Part shown: piece by piece, positions 14,052 to 29,500 of the stretch
How positions within the stretch are numbered: position 1 is the first letter of the stretch
Layout: every line of letters begins with the position of its first letter
DNA from: Piromyces finnis finn
Lineage: Eukaryota; Fungi; Neocallimastigomycota
Direction of reading: 5' to 3'
DNA: 64,000 nt
Assembly (NCBI GenBank): GCA_002104945.1
Contig: MCFH01000051.1
Coordinates: 337,683 to 401,682, forward strand
Program-made: the position numbers and the translations under genes
Notes under the pieces: model-generated
Databases searched by the model: none
Told to the model about the DNA's origin: nothing
What the model saw: only the letters and a program-made list of their open reading frames with translations

Positions 14052-16378
14052 ATGAATAGTACAACATCAAGGACAAACTTCCCTAACGAATGGGATAAAA
14101 ATAATGAAGGTGCGAAAGAATTGTATGATATGTGTTATGAATATGTAGAGAATCCAAAAGATTTAGAAGATATGTCCGGTACATCACCATTTTTCATTAT
14201 TTTTGGATTTGTAATATTCATATATATTATAACAGTTAACATATGGCTTTTATGTTATTACAAAAGTTATATCTTCAATAGACAATGTGTAAAATATTAT
14301 TTATGTATGATTTTTGGAACATTAGTTCTTTTCATAGATGCCTATATTTTAGAAGTGAGAAATAATTATGATTTAATTATATAAATTTTTTTAGAAAACT
14401 AGTAAAATAATGATAATACATATAAATTTGTTGGAAATAAAATATAATCTAATAGATATTTTATATTTATTGATTAGATATACTATGGCAGCTATCCATG
14501 CTTTGTACATCATTTTTTCACTTCTATAGGTAAAAAATACAATTTTTTTTACAATATATAATAGTTTTTCTAAATTAAATAATTAATGATTTGAAATTTT
14601 TAATGTTTTTTTTAGGATATCCAACTTACTTTTTTTCAATTGGATTTATTATTATTAAATATTATAAATATTATTATAAATCCCAGATTGCATATTTCAA
14701 TTCATTTTTAAAATATTCAGAGGATAACCAAAATAACATCATGGAAAAAAAATTTATTTTTAAAAAATTATATACCAATATTAATTCAAAACAGGTATTA
14801 AATACGTTAGTAATCATTAATATATTTAGTATTATATATTCAATTATTATCTATTTTGTTGATCCCTGGATAAAAGAATATGGATTTTGTAGTTTAAAGT
14901 AATTTAATATATCATAATATAATACATTTAATTATTAAACAACCCTTATTTTCGAAATAATACTCAATTATTTTTTAAATTATTATTAAGAACTGCATAT
15001 TTACCACAAGTTTTAGAATTTGTAGTCTTTATGTTTCTATTTTTGCCGTTAGCATTAATTGAAGCATTAAAGTTTGATGATAAGTTTAAAATGAAAAAAA
15101 TAATTATTCTATTGGTCATACTAAATATAATATATGGTTTTGGATTTTTCAGTGGTTCCCAATTAAATAAATTTAATTGCTCGAAACTTATTCAATATAT
15201 ACCTCCAGGATTGTAAATATAATAAATTTATAATAAATTTATGTTTTTAATAAATATCTCTAATATATATTATATTTTTAAATTATATAGTTTTGTCATT
15301 TTATCCTGTTTTACAAGTACTAATTTATTATCAGAAACAATGGTAAAAACCAATATTTATCATAATATAATAATAATTCCATATAATATATATTCAAAAA
15401 ATTATATATATTTATAAGCTTTAATAATTTTTTTTATTTTGTCAAATAATTAAAATAGTTAAAGGATATCATACATTTAAATAATAGAAATAAAATTTTA
15501 AAAGCAACGTATGAAGGAATGATCGAAATGTTAAAAGATAAAGTTCTTTTTAGAGAGTTTGGTGAATTTTGTAGAAACGAAAATTGTGTTGAAAATATTG
15601 TAAAAATTATTTCATAGTATATATGATAATTACTAATTATAAAGTCAATATTAAATTTTAAAATTATTAATTATATATAAAATAGATATTTGTTCAAGAA
15701 TATTGGAGATATAAAAAGTTATTTAATAAGAATGAAAAGATATGTGATCAATCTGATATATCATCTATAATTTTAAGAAATAATGAACAATCGATATTAA
15801 AAAGCAATCGAGAATCATTAACAACTAAGAGTTCTCGTGAACTTTCAGTATCAAAGACCTTTGCAGATACATCCACGAGAAAATGTAGTAGTGAATTATC
15901 AGGATCATTTAATAAGAATGAGTCAACACCAGTACAAGTATTACGTCGCGAATCTACAATATCAAAATCAAGTTTTGATTTAAAAACAAATTTAATGACT
16001 CGATTAACTCGTACAAATTCAATAGCTGGTGCTTCTTCTGTAATATCATCAATATTTCTCAATGACAAGAATGAAAGTAAAACTTATTTATCAGTAATTA
16101 AAAAACAAGCTAAAGATTTTTATGAAAGTTTTATTGGTATAAATGCCATATATGAAATTAATATTCAAAATTGTATTACTAAAAAAATTAAAGAGAAATT
16201 AATTATTTTATCTGATGATGAAAATTATGATATGACTACTGAAGAAAAAATTGAGAGTTATAGCTTTTTATTCGATAAAGCCTACGAAGAAGTAACAAAT
16301 AATATGTATTTTAATTCATATAGTAATTATTGCCATCAAAAACTAAAAACTAAAAATAAAAAAATAATAAATAAATAA
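14052..16378 (+). CDS. Seven-transmembrane protein with C-terminal RGS domain (7TM-RGS), multi-exon
   Basis: Exons 14052-14354, 14478-14529, 14616-14898 and 14991-15212 splice in frame at GT-AG. About seven hydrophobic helices. RGS motifs: EMLKDKVLFREFGEFCRNENCVENI/IFVQEYWRYK and QAKDFYESFIGINAIYEINI...DKAYEEVTNNMYFNSYSNY. The segment ~15340-15480 does not splice cleanly in frame (likely 1-nt errors). Confidence 0.8.
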
Positions 16379-16583
16379 AGTTTATGATGATGAAACAAAA
16401 ATAACATTGTTGAAAAATACTTTAATTTTTCTTTTCAATAAGAATTTCAATATTACAACAATATATTATATAATAATAACAATGTAAACAAATACTAATT
16501 CATAAATAAATATGTATCATAAAATATATAAATGATATAATTAAGGTTAATATTTATTCTTAATAATATATAAATAATATATG

Positions 16584-16890
16584 TTTTATTAATAACTTTA
16601 TTTATTATGTTCCAATATTTTTATTCTGTCTAAATACTAAAACGTTAATTCTGTCGTTAACTATTAAAACTTAAAACGATAAGTCTTTTAATAATATGAG
16701 GCTCACTTAATAATTAATTGACCAATAATAAGGCTGGAATTATATGGATTATACATCTACAGTATTATTTTACATTACATGTTCTTACATTGGTCATACA
16801 TTTGTATTAAATTCTTATATATTATAGTATAATAGAAATAATTAATATTATAACAAAAATATATAAATTTAATATTAAGTTTAATTACTA
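16584..16890 (+). repeat. Dispersed non-coding repeat, copy 2 (copy 1 at 8021-8353)
   Basis: Same collinear blocks as 8021-8353, with substitutions and indels. Confidence 0.85.
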
Positions 16891-17019
16891 TAAATTTTAG
16901 TATAAATACAAATTTGTATTAAAACTTTATAGTGAAATATTAATATATTACTATAATAAAGTAAATATTAAAAACTCAAGAACAGATATTAAATATAATA
17001 GATTGCATAAATAAAATTG

Positions 17020-17053
<34 letters not shown>

Positions 17054-17599
17054 AGATGCATAATATTTGCTATTATCTATTCAACTTTAGATTATTGAAA
17101 ATACTAAACTTTGATTTTTAAAAATAATAGTTAATAAATATATTTCAAAAATTATAAAAATCTAACTTAAACAAAAATATAGAAAGAAATAAATACTTAG
17201 TAACTTATATCAAGTTGATCCTATTTATATGCTTATTATTAAATGCTAGAAAAAATATATTTATATTTGATTATATAGTTAAAATATGATATAATAAAAT
17301 AATATTTAGCCAAAATAAAGCCATACATAAAATATACATAAAATGTAAAATGACTTTTAATAATAAATAATTATAAAATAAAATAAAATAAAAGTTTAAT
17401 ATTAATTGTTCGATATTTATTAAAAAAATATTAATATATATTAATTATTTATTTATATTTATTTATAAGTTTATTATAAGTGAATTAATATTTAAATAAT
17501 CTATTTATTTAGAAAATATTTATATTATTTGTAAAATGTAAAAAAAAAATTTATATAAAGTATAATATTTTATTTTCTATTAAATATTAGGAAGAATAT

Positions 17600-20500
17600 T
17601 TAGTAATCTAATTTAAAACGTTCTTTGTTTTTGGATTTGTTTTTTCTTTTTTCTTTTTTTGCTTTTTTCTTATTTTCTACTCCTAAATATATACTGAAAG
17701 GTATTGCTTGGCTTATTTTAATTTCACTATATGCATTTTCTAAAGATGATTTTAATGATTCAAGTTCTTCTTCTAAAAATTCATCTAATTTTTTATTCCA
17801 TAATTCTTTCTTTTCTAGCAATATAAAAATATCCCAATCATAATGATTAAACTGGTCACTAATTAAATATCTTGCAATCATTTTTTGAACTGCAATGCAA
17901 AAATCTTCTTTCCTAATTTGATTATCTTTATTAAAATATTCATCTAATATTTTTATTTGTTCTTCTGTTAGTTTTTTATTTGCATCTTCAGAAACATATT
18001 TAATTATTTTATTATAATTTAATTGTTCTATATAATCATATAAAGTTATTAATTGACTTAATTTTAAATTTAAATGATTAGTATTAATAAATTTTTCAAA
18101 TTCTTTATTCAATTTAATAACACTTTTAGGTAATTGCTTTATTTCTTCCAATAAAAATTCCTCACCATTAATGTTTCTCTTATTATAAAAGTACTGGAAA
18201 AGAGATTGTATACAATCTAAAATTATACTGTAATCAAAGTATTCCATAGAATTAGTGATATTAGCTTTATCTTCTTTTGATAATTCTTCTTCAGATTCAA
18301 TCTTACTTTTAAAATCAGATATGATATTGTAATTTTTAGTAAATCCTTCAAATTTATATGAGATAAATCTTTGTTCTTTTTCATTTTTAAATAATTTTTT
18401 TCCATTCAATAAGATATTTAATAATTCATTTTCTATTGAATCAAAATCAATAATAATGCTATTATGATTAGAAAAGTTTATATCATTATTATCTTTAACG
18501 AAGTTTCTATAAGAAAATGCATTAATTAAATCATCAAAAGAATCATATATATCGTTCTTTATATTAAGAGAAGAAACTTCATTAGAATTTGCATCTTGAA
18601 TTACTATTTCTTTTTCAATTTGATATGAATAAGATTGTATATAGTCTCCATTAGATTTTTTTGGAACTAAACTTCTTAAAAATTCATTATGGTATGTAAT
18701 ACAGTCTTTGTAATATGTTGCAATATATTTTCCAAAACCATCTTCAAAAGTATCATTTAAAATGTATGCTAAAACACATTCATCATCAATATATTTTTTT
18801 TCTAATTTACCATGACAGTCAATATTAGTTAAATCGGTATATATTTTTTTCCATCCTTTTTTAAAGTATTTAAATAGTTTTTTCATATAATTATCATCTT
18901 TAAGCTCATTCTTTATTTTTATACTTTTGGCTTCATTTCTTGATATCTTATTAGAATATTTTTCCAATACATATACAATAAATGGATTTATTAATTGGAA
19001 AGTTTCTAAGAATTTAAATTTATCAATTTCTGCAATGGATGCATTAATGTAAGAACTAATAGCAGGATATTGTTGAGCTTTATTTGGTATTTCAATGAAT
19101 TGATCATAAAATTTTTCATATGAAGGATAATCAGATGCATAAAAATACCTAATTAATGGATAATTTTCTAGATTTAGTTTATTAATATTTGAAGTTTCTT
19201 CAATAATAGATTGTATTGTATCATCATTAATTTCAAGAATTTCCTTACTATTATTGATATACTGTTGATATAATTTTTGGAAATTAGCAATAGTATATTC
19301 TACTTTTTTATTGCATTCAGTTTCAAAGAGCATTCTTTCATGGCTATTTTCCATTTTAAATTCATTATTCGATATTAATATTGCAATATCAGGTAAAATT
19401 AAATTTAAAAAGCACTGTATTTTATTATCAATTCCTTTTTTATTTAATTCAATATTTAATAATTCCCAAATGTCTTTTAAAATTGAGAAAATCGATTGTT
19501 TATCATCATCTTCATAATAAAATTTAATTAAATCGTTTTCTTTTAAATATTTTAATTTTTCATCAAAGAGAATACAAGAGTAAAATATAAAACTTAATAA
19601 TCTATATGTTATATTATTAATATTTCTTACTTCTTTTGTGGGATTAGTGAAATATATTTTTAATACTCTTTTTAATCCAGGTTTCTGAGTATTTTTTAAG
19701 ATTTCAACTTCTTTTAATAAGTCACTAAATAACTTTCCTGGAATGTTTTTATTTTCTGCTTGTTCATTTAAATTTTCAAATATTCTTAAATGGCCTTCTC
19801 TTTTATGTAACCTATGATTTGTACCTCCAATTATTTTTTTGCAAAAAGAGCAATTACTAGTGGAGTTTGGTTGAGTACAATTATCAATATAATAAGACTT
19901 TCCACAACTGCATATGTAAACGCCACTTTTTTCCATAGAGGCTTTTTTATTATCAAAATATTCTTTGATTTCCTTAGCTGAATCTATTAATATACTATAT
20001 TCCGGTTCACCTCCTGGTATATAAATATTATTTATTTTATCCATTATTTCTGATGATAAAATATTTGAATAAACAGTATTTGGTTTTGATTGTGAGCATA
20101 TAAATGCAAATTTATGTGAATATAATAATATTTCATATTCTGATAATGATAAATTTTGAATATTTGATACTTCCTTGAATAAAGATTCATAACTGTATAA
20201 AATTGAAACAATACTTTTTGAAGTTTCTGATATATTTGATTTATTCACAATATTTTGTAAGAAATGACACAATTTTTGATAATATGCATTATCAAATGGT
20301 TTTTTAAGTAGACTTGAAAATTCCTCATTTATAATTACATCATAAAAATTTAAAATTGATATATTTTTAGATAATTTTATAAGTTCTTTATTAGTTTTAA
20401 AATTATCTATTTTGCTTTCTCTATATAATTGCTTTAGTATTTTATAATTTTCATAAGAACCATTTTGAAGGAAAAGATTATTAAAAGAAAATGGAACTTT

Positions 20501-23500
20501 TTCAGAAAAATCAAAGTCATCAATAAATAATTCTTTTTCCTTTATAATTTCAACTAAATTTTTATAATTTTTAATAATTTTATTTAGCACTCTTAATATA
20601 TATATTTTTATAACTTTCCTTAACTTAGTTGAATTATCTAAAAATTCTAATATACTTTCCATGTTTATGTCGCTTAAATCATCATTATTCATAAATATTT
20701 TACATAAATGATAGCAGTAGCATTTTATATATGAAATACAATATAATATTTTTAATTTATTATCTTTGGTGATTTTACAATTATAATTCTCAATAATAGA
20801 AATAAAGCTTCTAAATATAATAAAAGATTGTTTTAATATTTTTTCTTCATCGTTATCTTTTAAATTAAAGTATTTTATAATGGACTCATCAAATAAATAT
20901 ATCAAAACCTCATTTAATATATCACTTTCAGTTTTATTTAAAAACATAATAATTGGATTGTACTTATCATTTTCTATTTGTGATATGAAATTTACACCCA
21001 TATTTTCATCTTCATTGCTGTAATAATTATTGATATAATTATTGATATATTCTTCTTCATCACTACTATAGTTATAAATTTTTTCTTCCTCATCACTACT
21101 ATAAATAATAATACTTTCTTCATAGCTACTATTATCGCTTTCATTATTTTCATTTAGAGTATATAAATTTGAGGATATCTTATTAATTATATTTAAATTA
21201 TATTTTTTAAATATTATTTCAAATATTTTTTTAGATTTAATAATAAGATCATTATCCGAACAAATAATATTTAACATAATTAACATATAACTTTCATTAT
21301 TAGATATATTTATCTTATTATTTAGCAATTTTACTTTTAAATTCAAACAATTATTAATAGATAATTTTTCATTTAAAAACTCAAATTCTTTGATAATTGG
21401 ATTTTTAATGTCTTTATTGTTGGATAATTCTATGTTTGCATTATTTAAATATTCTGGTAATAAATATATTTCATTTTCATTTCTTAAAAAGTCTAAATAA
21501 ATTTTTAAATTTTCTTTCAATGGTATTTTTGATTTACTAAATTCTTCCTTTACTTCGATTAAATCTCTTAAGTACAATATTTGTTTCAATGTTAAACCCA
21601 AATCAATATTTACTTTAATTACAGTGTTAGAAATAATTTTAATTTCTTCAAAAAGTTCATTAAATAATTCATTTGATATAACATTAAAATTGTATTTGTA
21701 ATTAAGAATGCAATAAACTAATGATTCGTACAAATTGAATATTATATCATTTCCGATAGAAATCTTCTTATTAACTTTCATAAATGTATTATCTAATATT
21801 TTTAAAATAAACATTTCTGTAAAATCTATAAAAATAGAATCCATAAAGTTAATAAAATCAACTATAATGATAATATATTTTTGGAATGTTTCGATAAATA
21901 AGATAAATTTTGTTAATTTTTCATATAATAATTTAATATCATTATCACTATATTCTTCATAATCATCTTCATTTTCATTTTCATTATTAATCATTTCAAA
22001 TAATTGACTTAGTGTATCAAAGAAACGTAATATTTTCTTATTTTTAAATTTATTATTTGATTTTGATAAATAGTATATAATATAATCTTCAAATAAAATT
22101 TGAAGTAATTTCTTTCTATCAAGTATATTTAATTTCTTTTTATTGTAATATAAAAATATATCCGCAAAGTATTGTTCATCAAACTTTCTTTTAATATTCA
22201 TTTCAAATATGTATTTTTCCTTCTTATAGTCATCTTCACTTTTAGTAATATATAAATTTTCATTTTTGAAATAATCATTTTTTAAGTTTTCAACAATGTA
22301 TTTGTTAATTTTATCAAATACAGGAATAATACATGGGTATGAAATCCCTAAAATTAAATCAATATTAGTTACTTGAGATATGGTTTGAGAAGTTAAGGTA
22401 GATTCTTCCTTTAATTTTTTAATATTTTCTTGATAAATTTTTCCAAAATATTTATTTTTCATACATTTATTAGTAGATAATAATGTAGAAAATATATTAA
22501 GATTTTCTAATTGGATTAAAGAACAAATTATAGCATTCTTATAAATATTTTTCATATGCTTAATAAGAACTGAAATAAAATCAATATCATTTTCTTCAAA
22601 ATTATATTTTTCAAATACTTCCATAATTATATTATTATGAATGGAATTAATTTTGTTTAAGACTAGTGAAAAAATATTTCCCATTAATACTTTATTTCCA
22701 ATAATTAAATCACATACTTTATTTATATATTCTTCTTTTGAGATATCAGTAAAATTAATTTTATCATTATAATGGATAAAAGTAAATGAATGATATAGTT
22801 CATTTTTAAATTCTTCATCCAAGTCTATCAAAGTTTTATTTTTAAATAATTCATTTTTGGAAGCACAGATAATATCGTTTAGGTTTGTTATTTTTCCATT
22901 CAAGTTATCAATGAAAAATTGTTGCCAATTTGTTAAATGTGATATTAAGTATTCATTTTGTATTCTATCTTCTTCATTTTCAATATTATTTTCATTATTT
23001 ATTGTAATTCTTTTGATATGAATAATTAAAATAATTGGTTTTAATTCATTTTCATTTTTGGATGATTCAATATTTTCTATTAAGTAATTAACATGATTTA
23101 GATGTTTACATTCATAGACATCAAAATGAATAATGCATAGATTATAGTTATTATTGTTGTAATATTCAATAATACATTCTTCAATATCACTTTCTGAACT
23201 ATACTGACTAATAAAAACATTATTCGTATTTTCTTTTGTAAAAAGTCCATATTTTTCATTTTCAATATTATTTACTTCAAATGCAGAATCTAAAATATTA
23301 GAAAAAGTGTAAATAATATGTTTATTAATATTAATTTTTTCCAAATAATATTTAATATTTTGATGTTGTTTTGAAGATTCGAGATAAATGTTTAATATCT
23401 TTTGATATTTATTTTTATGCTGTTTTCCATATTCAGAATATTTAAAAAAGAATATTATATCTTGTGAAAATGTTGGAACAATTTTATGATATATTTTATC

Positions 23501-26500
23501 TTCTAGTGTTTCTTTTAATTTATCATCATATATTATATTATTTGTAATTAGTTTCGATTTAATAATATCATTATAATTATTTCTTCTTCTAATTTCATTA
23601 TTATTTGTCTTATTATTTATTAACATTTGATAGATAATACCACAAATTTCTTCTAAATCACAATTAACTAATTCTGATTTTAAATCAATTTTTAATAAAT
23701 TATTCTTTTTATTACAGAATTTATTTATGTCATTAAAAATGTTGTTTGTTAAATTTATTGCTTTAGAATCTAGTAAATTTTCGAATGAAATTATATGTTT
23801 TTCAAATCTATTAATAAATGGAGGATCTTGTTCATTAATTTCTTTCTTATCTAAAAGAACAATACATCTGAAGTTGTCATTGACTTTATAATTTTGTGTA
23901 TTGGAATTTCCTAACGCAATTCTTGCATAATTGCTATTTCCGACTTTTCTGAAATTTTGATTAAAAAGGTCATATAACGATGGATACATGCTAGATAAGT
24001 TCTTTAATACCATTACAGTATCTTCATTCATAGAAATTTGTACCTTATTTAAAATTTTCGCACTATAATATCCTTTTAATGTATCTTCATCAAAATCACT
24101 ACCATAATAAAATACATAATTTTTACATAATTCTTGTATAATTAATGTAATTAGATATTGACTAATCGAACTTTTTGTTACAATTAAAAGATATCTACTA
24201 TCTGAATCCTTTATATTATTAAGGACACAGTTCATTACATCATATTTACTTATATCGTTAACATTTTGATATAAAGTTTTAAACATTTCTTTAAATTTTT
24301 CAATAGAATAATCTAAACCACCAAAGTTTCTTTCAATACTTTCCATTAAAATATCATCAATTATGCACTTTTCCGTTGGGAATTTATTTTGAATGAATAA
24401 TTTTGATAAGATTTTTATTAAATGGTAAAAATCTCTAGTACCATGAAATTCTTTAATATTCTTATTGGGTAATTTAAAATTAGTTTTATTATTATTTTTA
24501 AATTTTAGTGAATTATTTTTCAATCCTTCCTTATAATTATAATAAGATGATGATAAATATTCATAATAGATTTTATAATCTTGTACTAATTTTGGATCAT
24601 AGGATTTAGCAATAGCTAAAGCTGTATCAATTAAATCTTGTTCATCAGGTTCAGGAATTGAAAGATAGATTCCTCTATTCATTTTAGATGCATCGAATGG
24701 CCAATTTGAAATACCAATGAATGCTATTTTTCTTTCATTATCATCATATTCTAATTGTGAATGTATTACTTTTAGTGGATTATTTTTGGATACTTCCGCA
24801 AGTCCCATCTCGTCAAAATAAATTGCTGATATAATTTCATTAGAAGTATTTTTTTCCAGTGACTTTCTTGCTTTTTCAAATATTTTCAAAATACCTTGTG
24901 AAGTACTTGTACGTGAGCCTTGATAAGATTTTGTGTATACCTTTGGGAACTCTCTAAAAAATTCATGAGATGAATTTTTTCCATTCATTGATTTAAAAAT
25001 TAATTGTGCACTTAATGATTTACTGCAACCAGGTTTTCCTATTATAAATAAAGGTATCTTTGTGTTTAAACAAACGAAGATAGCAAACAAGTTTTCTAAT
25101 AAAGCTTTATTTCTAGCAATACCTTTATCCAATTTTACAGCAGTTGCAATTTCATTTTCTATTTTCTTTGGAATATCTTCAAATTTAATTTCATTTTTAA
25201 ATGATCTTTCCATTTTTTTTATAAATATTATTCTTTTATTTTTATCAAACAATCTTATATAATAACATAGGTATATACTTAAATTTAAGGAATAAATGTA
25301 TCTTTTTTCATCATCTAACATTTCTTTAAAATTTTTAATTATAAATTTATTTTTTAATAATTTATTACAAAACCATTCAAATAGAATACTTAATCTTCTA
25401 ATTTCTCTTAAACTAACTGATGAAATATCAAAATTATCTCTTATATATTTATGAGCTTCAAAAATTGAATCTTCTGCAATTGTATGTATTTTATTTAAAA
25501 TATACCTATTTTTAATATTTCTTTGAAGAAATTCATAGGTGATATTTGATATATACTTTCTAATATCTTTATCATTTGGTGAACCAAAATCAAAAACAAA
25601 ATTAAGAAGAGAATGAGGTAAAGGATTAACACTGTAAACAAGATTACTCACAATATATTTTTCATCTAATAACCCAGGAATTTCTCTTTTACTAACATCT
25701 ACTCTATAAGGATTGCATGCAGCAATAAATTTTACGTTTTCTCTGATACTTTCTCCCTTACAAGAATGCTTTAACATAATTTCAGTAATTAAACATAATG
25801 AATTACAAGTATTTATTTCATCAAAAAATATCCAAACCATATCCGTTTTCTCCTCATTATCTTTATTTTTACTAATATCATTAAATAAATTGTTATTTCT
25901 TATGAATTGAATAATATCATCGTCTTCTGTACCAGCATGAATATTTAATGTATACATTGGAATAGATTTTAAACTTGCTATTATTTTTATTAAAGATGTT
26001 TTTCCACAGCCTGTTTCGCCCATTAAAACTACTGGAATATCAGTTCTAAGAAATAAAGATATTAAGATTAATTTCATAAAATTATCAGCTGTAAATACAT
26101 AAGATTTTACAATATCACTTAAATTTTCTAATTTTTTCTTATTAAATTCTCTTGGGCTTTCTTTATCCATTTCATCAATTGGGTTTAAAAGATTTAAAAC
26201 TTTTTTAAGTTCAATTAAAAAATCTCTTGGTTTTAAATTATTATAATCAATAAGATTTCCTCTTTTGGTGGTATAATCAAGGTGATAAACAGCCATTAAA
26301 TGACCAACTTCATTATCATCTCTTTGGTTATTATTAGTAGTCTTTATAATAGAAACAGATTGACCGTCTTCATTGATTAACACTAAGCTTGGTCTTATTT
26401 TTTCAAATTGAAATATTTTTTTGTTTGTTAAATATAATGCAGCCTTTTCCTTTGCATCTTCAATTTTAATATCTCCTTTTTGTTGATTGTGGGTTAATTC

Positions 26501-29500
26501 TTGATCTTTAATAATATCATTATATGTAGATGTTATGAATTGTTCTATTACTTTAGTCAATGAATCAACAAAAAATTTTCTAAAAGTATATAAATATGGA
26601 TTGTTAAAAATACGATTATAATCAAATAACTGATCAATATTTAAATGATAAGATTTAGAAAGAAGTATTAATTGTTCAGCAAGTATATTAATGAAAGACT
26701 GAACTTGATAATAATTTGGTTCTTTTCTTAAATATGAAAAAATAATATTGGAGCATTCTTTATTACTCATCTGTTTTATTTTAATACTTTGTGGTGTTTT
26801 GTTATTTATATTTGGAATATATATATCATATTTATTAATATTATTAATATTATTTAAATAATTACAAACAATTTGAATATTTTGTTCTATTCTTGAAGAA
26901 ATGATTAATTGTGGCATAGATTTAGAAGTTATGTGTATATTCTGGAAAAATGATAATATTGGAAACAATACTTTAAAATCTATATTACCATTTGGGATTT
27001 CGACTTTAATTACTATTTCACTACTATAATAAAATTTTCTTTCATTAACAGAATAACATTTTAATATTAAAAATTCATACAAAAATTCCCTTAATACTTC
27101 TAATTGTTCACTGTAATATAAATCTATATGTAATGCAATTCTTTGACCACTATATTTTAATAATCTATTAATAATGTCCTCTTTATTTATATTATCACCT
27201 AAAGGGAAATAAACATATGTATATTTAGGATTTTTATTTTTGAAATCATTTTTAATTAAAGTGGACTTTCCTAAACCGGAAATACTACTAGAATATACAA
27301 TTACATTGGAAAACAACCTTCTTTTCATTAATTTATAATCATAATATTTATGATATGGTAATTTTTTAATTTCTATAATAGCTTCATCTGTTTTATTTCC
27401 TTCTGTATAAATAAAAAGTAAGCACGAAACCATTTTTTTTGGATCACTAGAATAAAGTTCTTTAAGTAATTCGATTAATATGCTTTTCTTTCTACGACTT
27501 AAATTTTCAGGCTTAATTAAAATAAATAAAATATTTTGATCGCATTTAATACATCTATAAAGAAATGATATTATTTCATCTTCAGTTGTATCATTATTAC
27601 AATATATGACAGTTTGAGCAATAGGAAATTCACCTGTTAAACTTAATGAACAATGTATTGTATTTTTTTCTATATTTTTTAAAGAACATGAATGACTATA
27701 AATACCCCTTTTTTTTTCACCATGTTTTATCATTGCTTTTTTAAATATTGTTTCATAACTTTTATTATTAGCTTTAAATAATTTATTTAGATATGTAATA
27801 TCATCATCAAACATTTGGTTTAATGATAGTTTATTTTTATTTATTAGAATGTTTGTTTCAAAATTCTTAATTAAATTACCAGTAATATATTTTAAAATAT
27901 TATCTCTAATTTCATCATCTATACTTTTACTTTTATCTTCATTTTCAATTTTGAAAATTTTCAATAAACTATTGTTTCTATTTCTTCTATTATTTTTAAT
28001 ATAATCATATATAAATCTAAATTGTCTACCATGAACTATTGTACTAATATAGTCTGACTGATATTTATTTTTAATTATATTTTTTGATGATTAAGAATTA
28101 TATTTAATTCATTAATAACTTCGGTCAAAGTTTCATTTTTATCATTATATTTTGATTTTGAAGCAAGAGCATTTCCATTTTTAATATCAATAGTGTATTC
28201 AATATCCTCAAAATAACCCTTTGAAGATATAGTTTTTAATAGCTTTAATATATCTTGTATATTAGTAATAATATTTGCAAATTCATCATAAACCTCGCCC
28301 TTTTTTAATAATGCTATTGTTCTTAATTCTGATAATTCATCATAATTTTTTATAACATATTTACCATTATTTTTATAAGAAACTTCACATTTATATTCTG
28401 GATAATTATTTTTTAAATCTATTTTACTATCATTATAAATACTTTTTATATGAGCTTTATTTAATTCATTTGGATTCAAATGATTTGTAAATAATTCGTT
28501 AAAATCAGAAAACTTTCCACTAGAATTCTCAAATTTAAGTCCAATATCATGATAATGTGAATTGGATTTTATAATATCAATAAATATATCTAAAAACTCT
28601 TTTTCACTTTTTTTTTACTTTTTTTTGTTAATTCTTTTTGGAATTCAATACAAGTTTCTAATTGATCAATATCATTATATGTTAAATAATTATCTTCAGA
28701 ATCATCAATAAATTCACCCATGGAATGAACATCACATATTTGTTTATCTTTTATAAATTCCATTAATTTTGGTTCTTCATACATCTTGTCCATCACTTCA
28801 AGTGCTATTATACTATCATTGGAATTTAAATCCAATATATTTAAATTTAATAAATTCAAGGAATCATTTATTTTTATTAAATCATATAATGATGAATAAT
28901 TTTCTAAATTAGTTTTGTTTTCTCTAAATATTGCTCTTAAATTTTCACCATTTAATTTGAAATCTTCCAAAAGTAAAATAATATTTTCATAATAACGAAT
29001 ATTACTATCTTTATTTTTTAAAAGTGACAGTTTTTCAATAACTCTATTTTCTTGAGTTTTCTCTATATCAAGAATATCAAGTAAAATATTTACTTCTTTC
29101 TCTACTTCGCTTTTTTCTATATCTTTAATAATACTTTCTAATAAATCTAATTTTATTTTATTTTCAGTTTTTGAATTGAATAACACTTTTAAATTTAGAA
29201 ATTCATTTTTTGTTTCTTCAAAAATGAAAATTTCATCATTATAACCTTCAAACTCTTTCTTTTTGATTTCATTAATTATAATAAATATTTTTGAGTTTTT
29301 GAATTTTGTAATTTGATGAGCTTCATGATATATATTTTTAAAATTGTATATTTCTAATCTTCCATCATCTGGAAAATCACAAATTGGATTATTAATAATT
29401 TGCTTTTTCAATTCTTTATAATTATCAATTATATCATGTTTTTCATTTGGATAATAATTTGAAAAAACATTAATAATTTCATCAATTTCTCTACTCTTAG

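Noticed and set aside
20680-20780. RING domain in the RNF213-like protein (LYCISYIKCYCYHLCKIF)
   Set aside because: Cys/His spacing does not fit C3HC4 or C3H2C3; it reads as an amphipathic helix.
17625-25910. Short plus-strand ORFs inside the giant gene (and their mirrors at 56940-63520)
   Set aside because: Antisense by-products of an A-rich coding strand, with no motifs.
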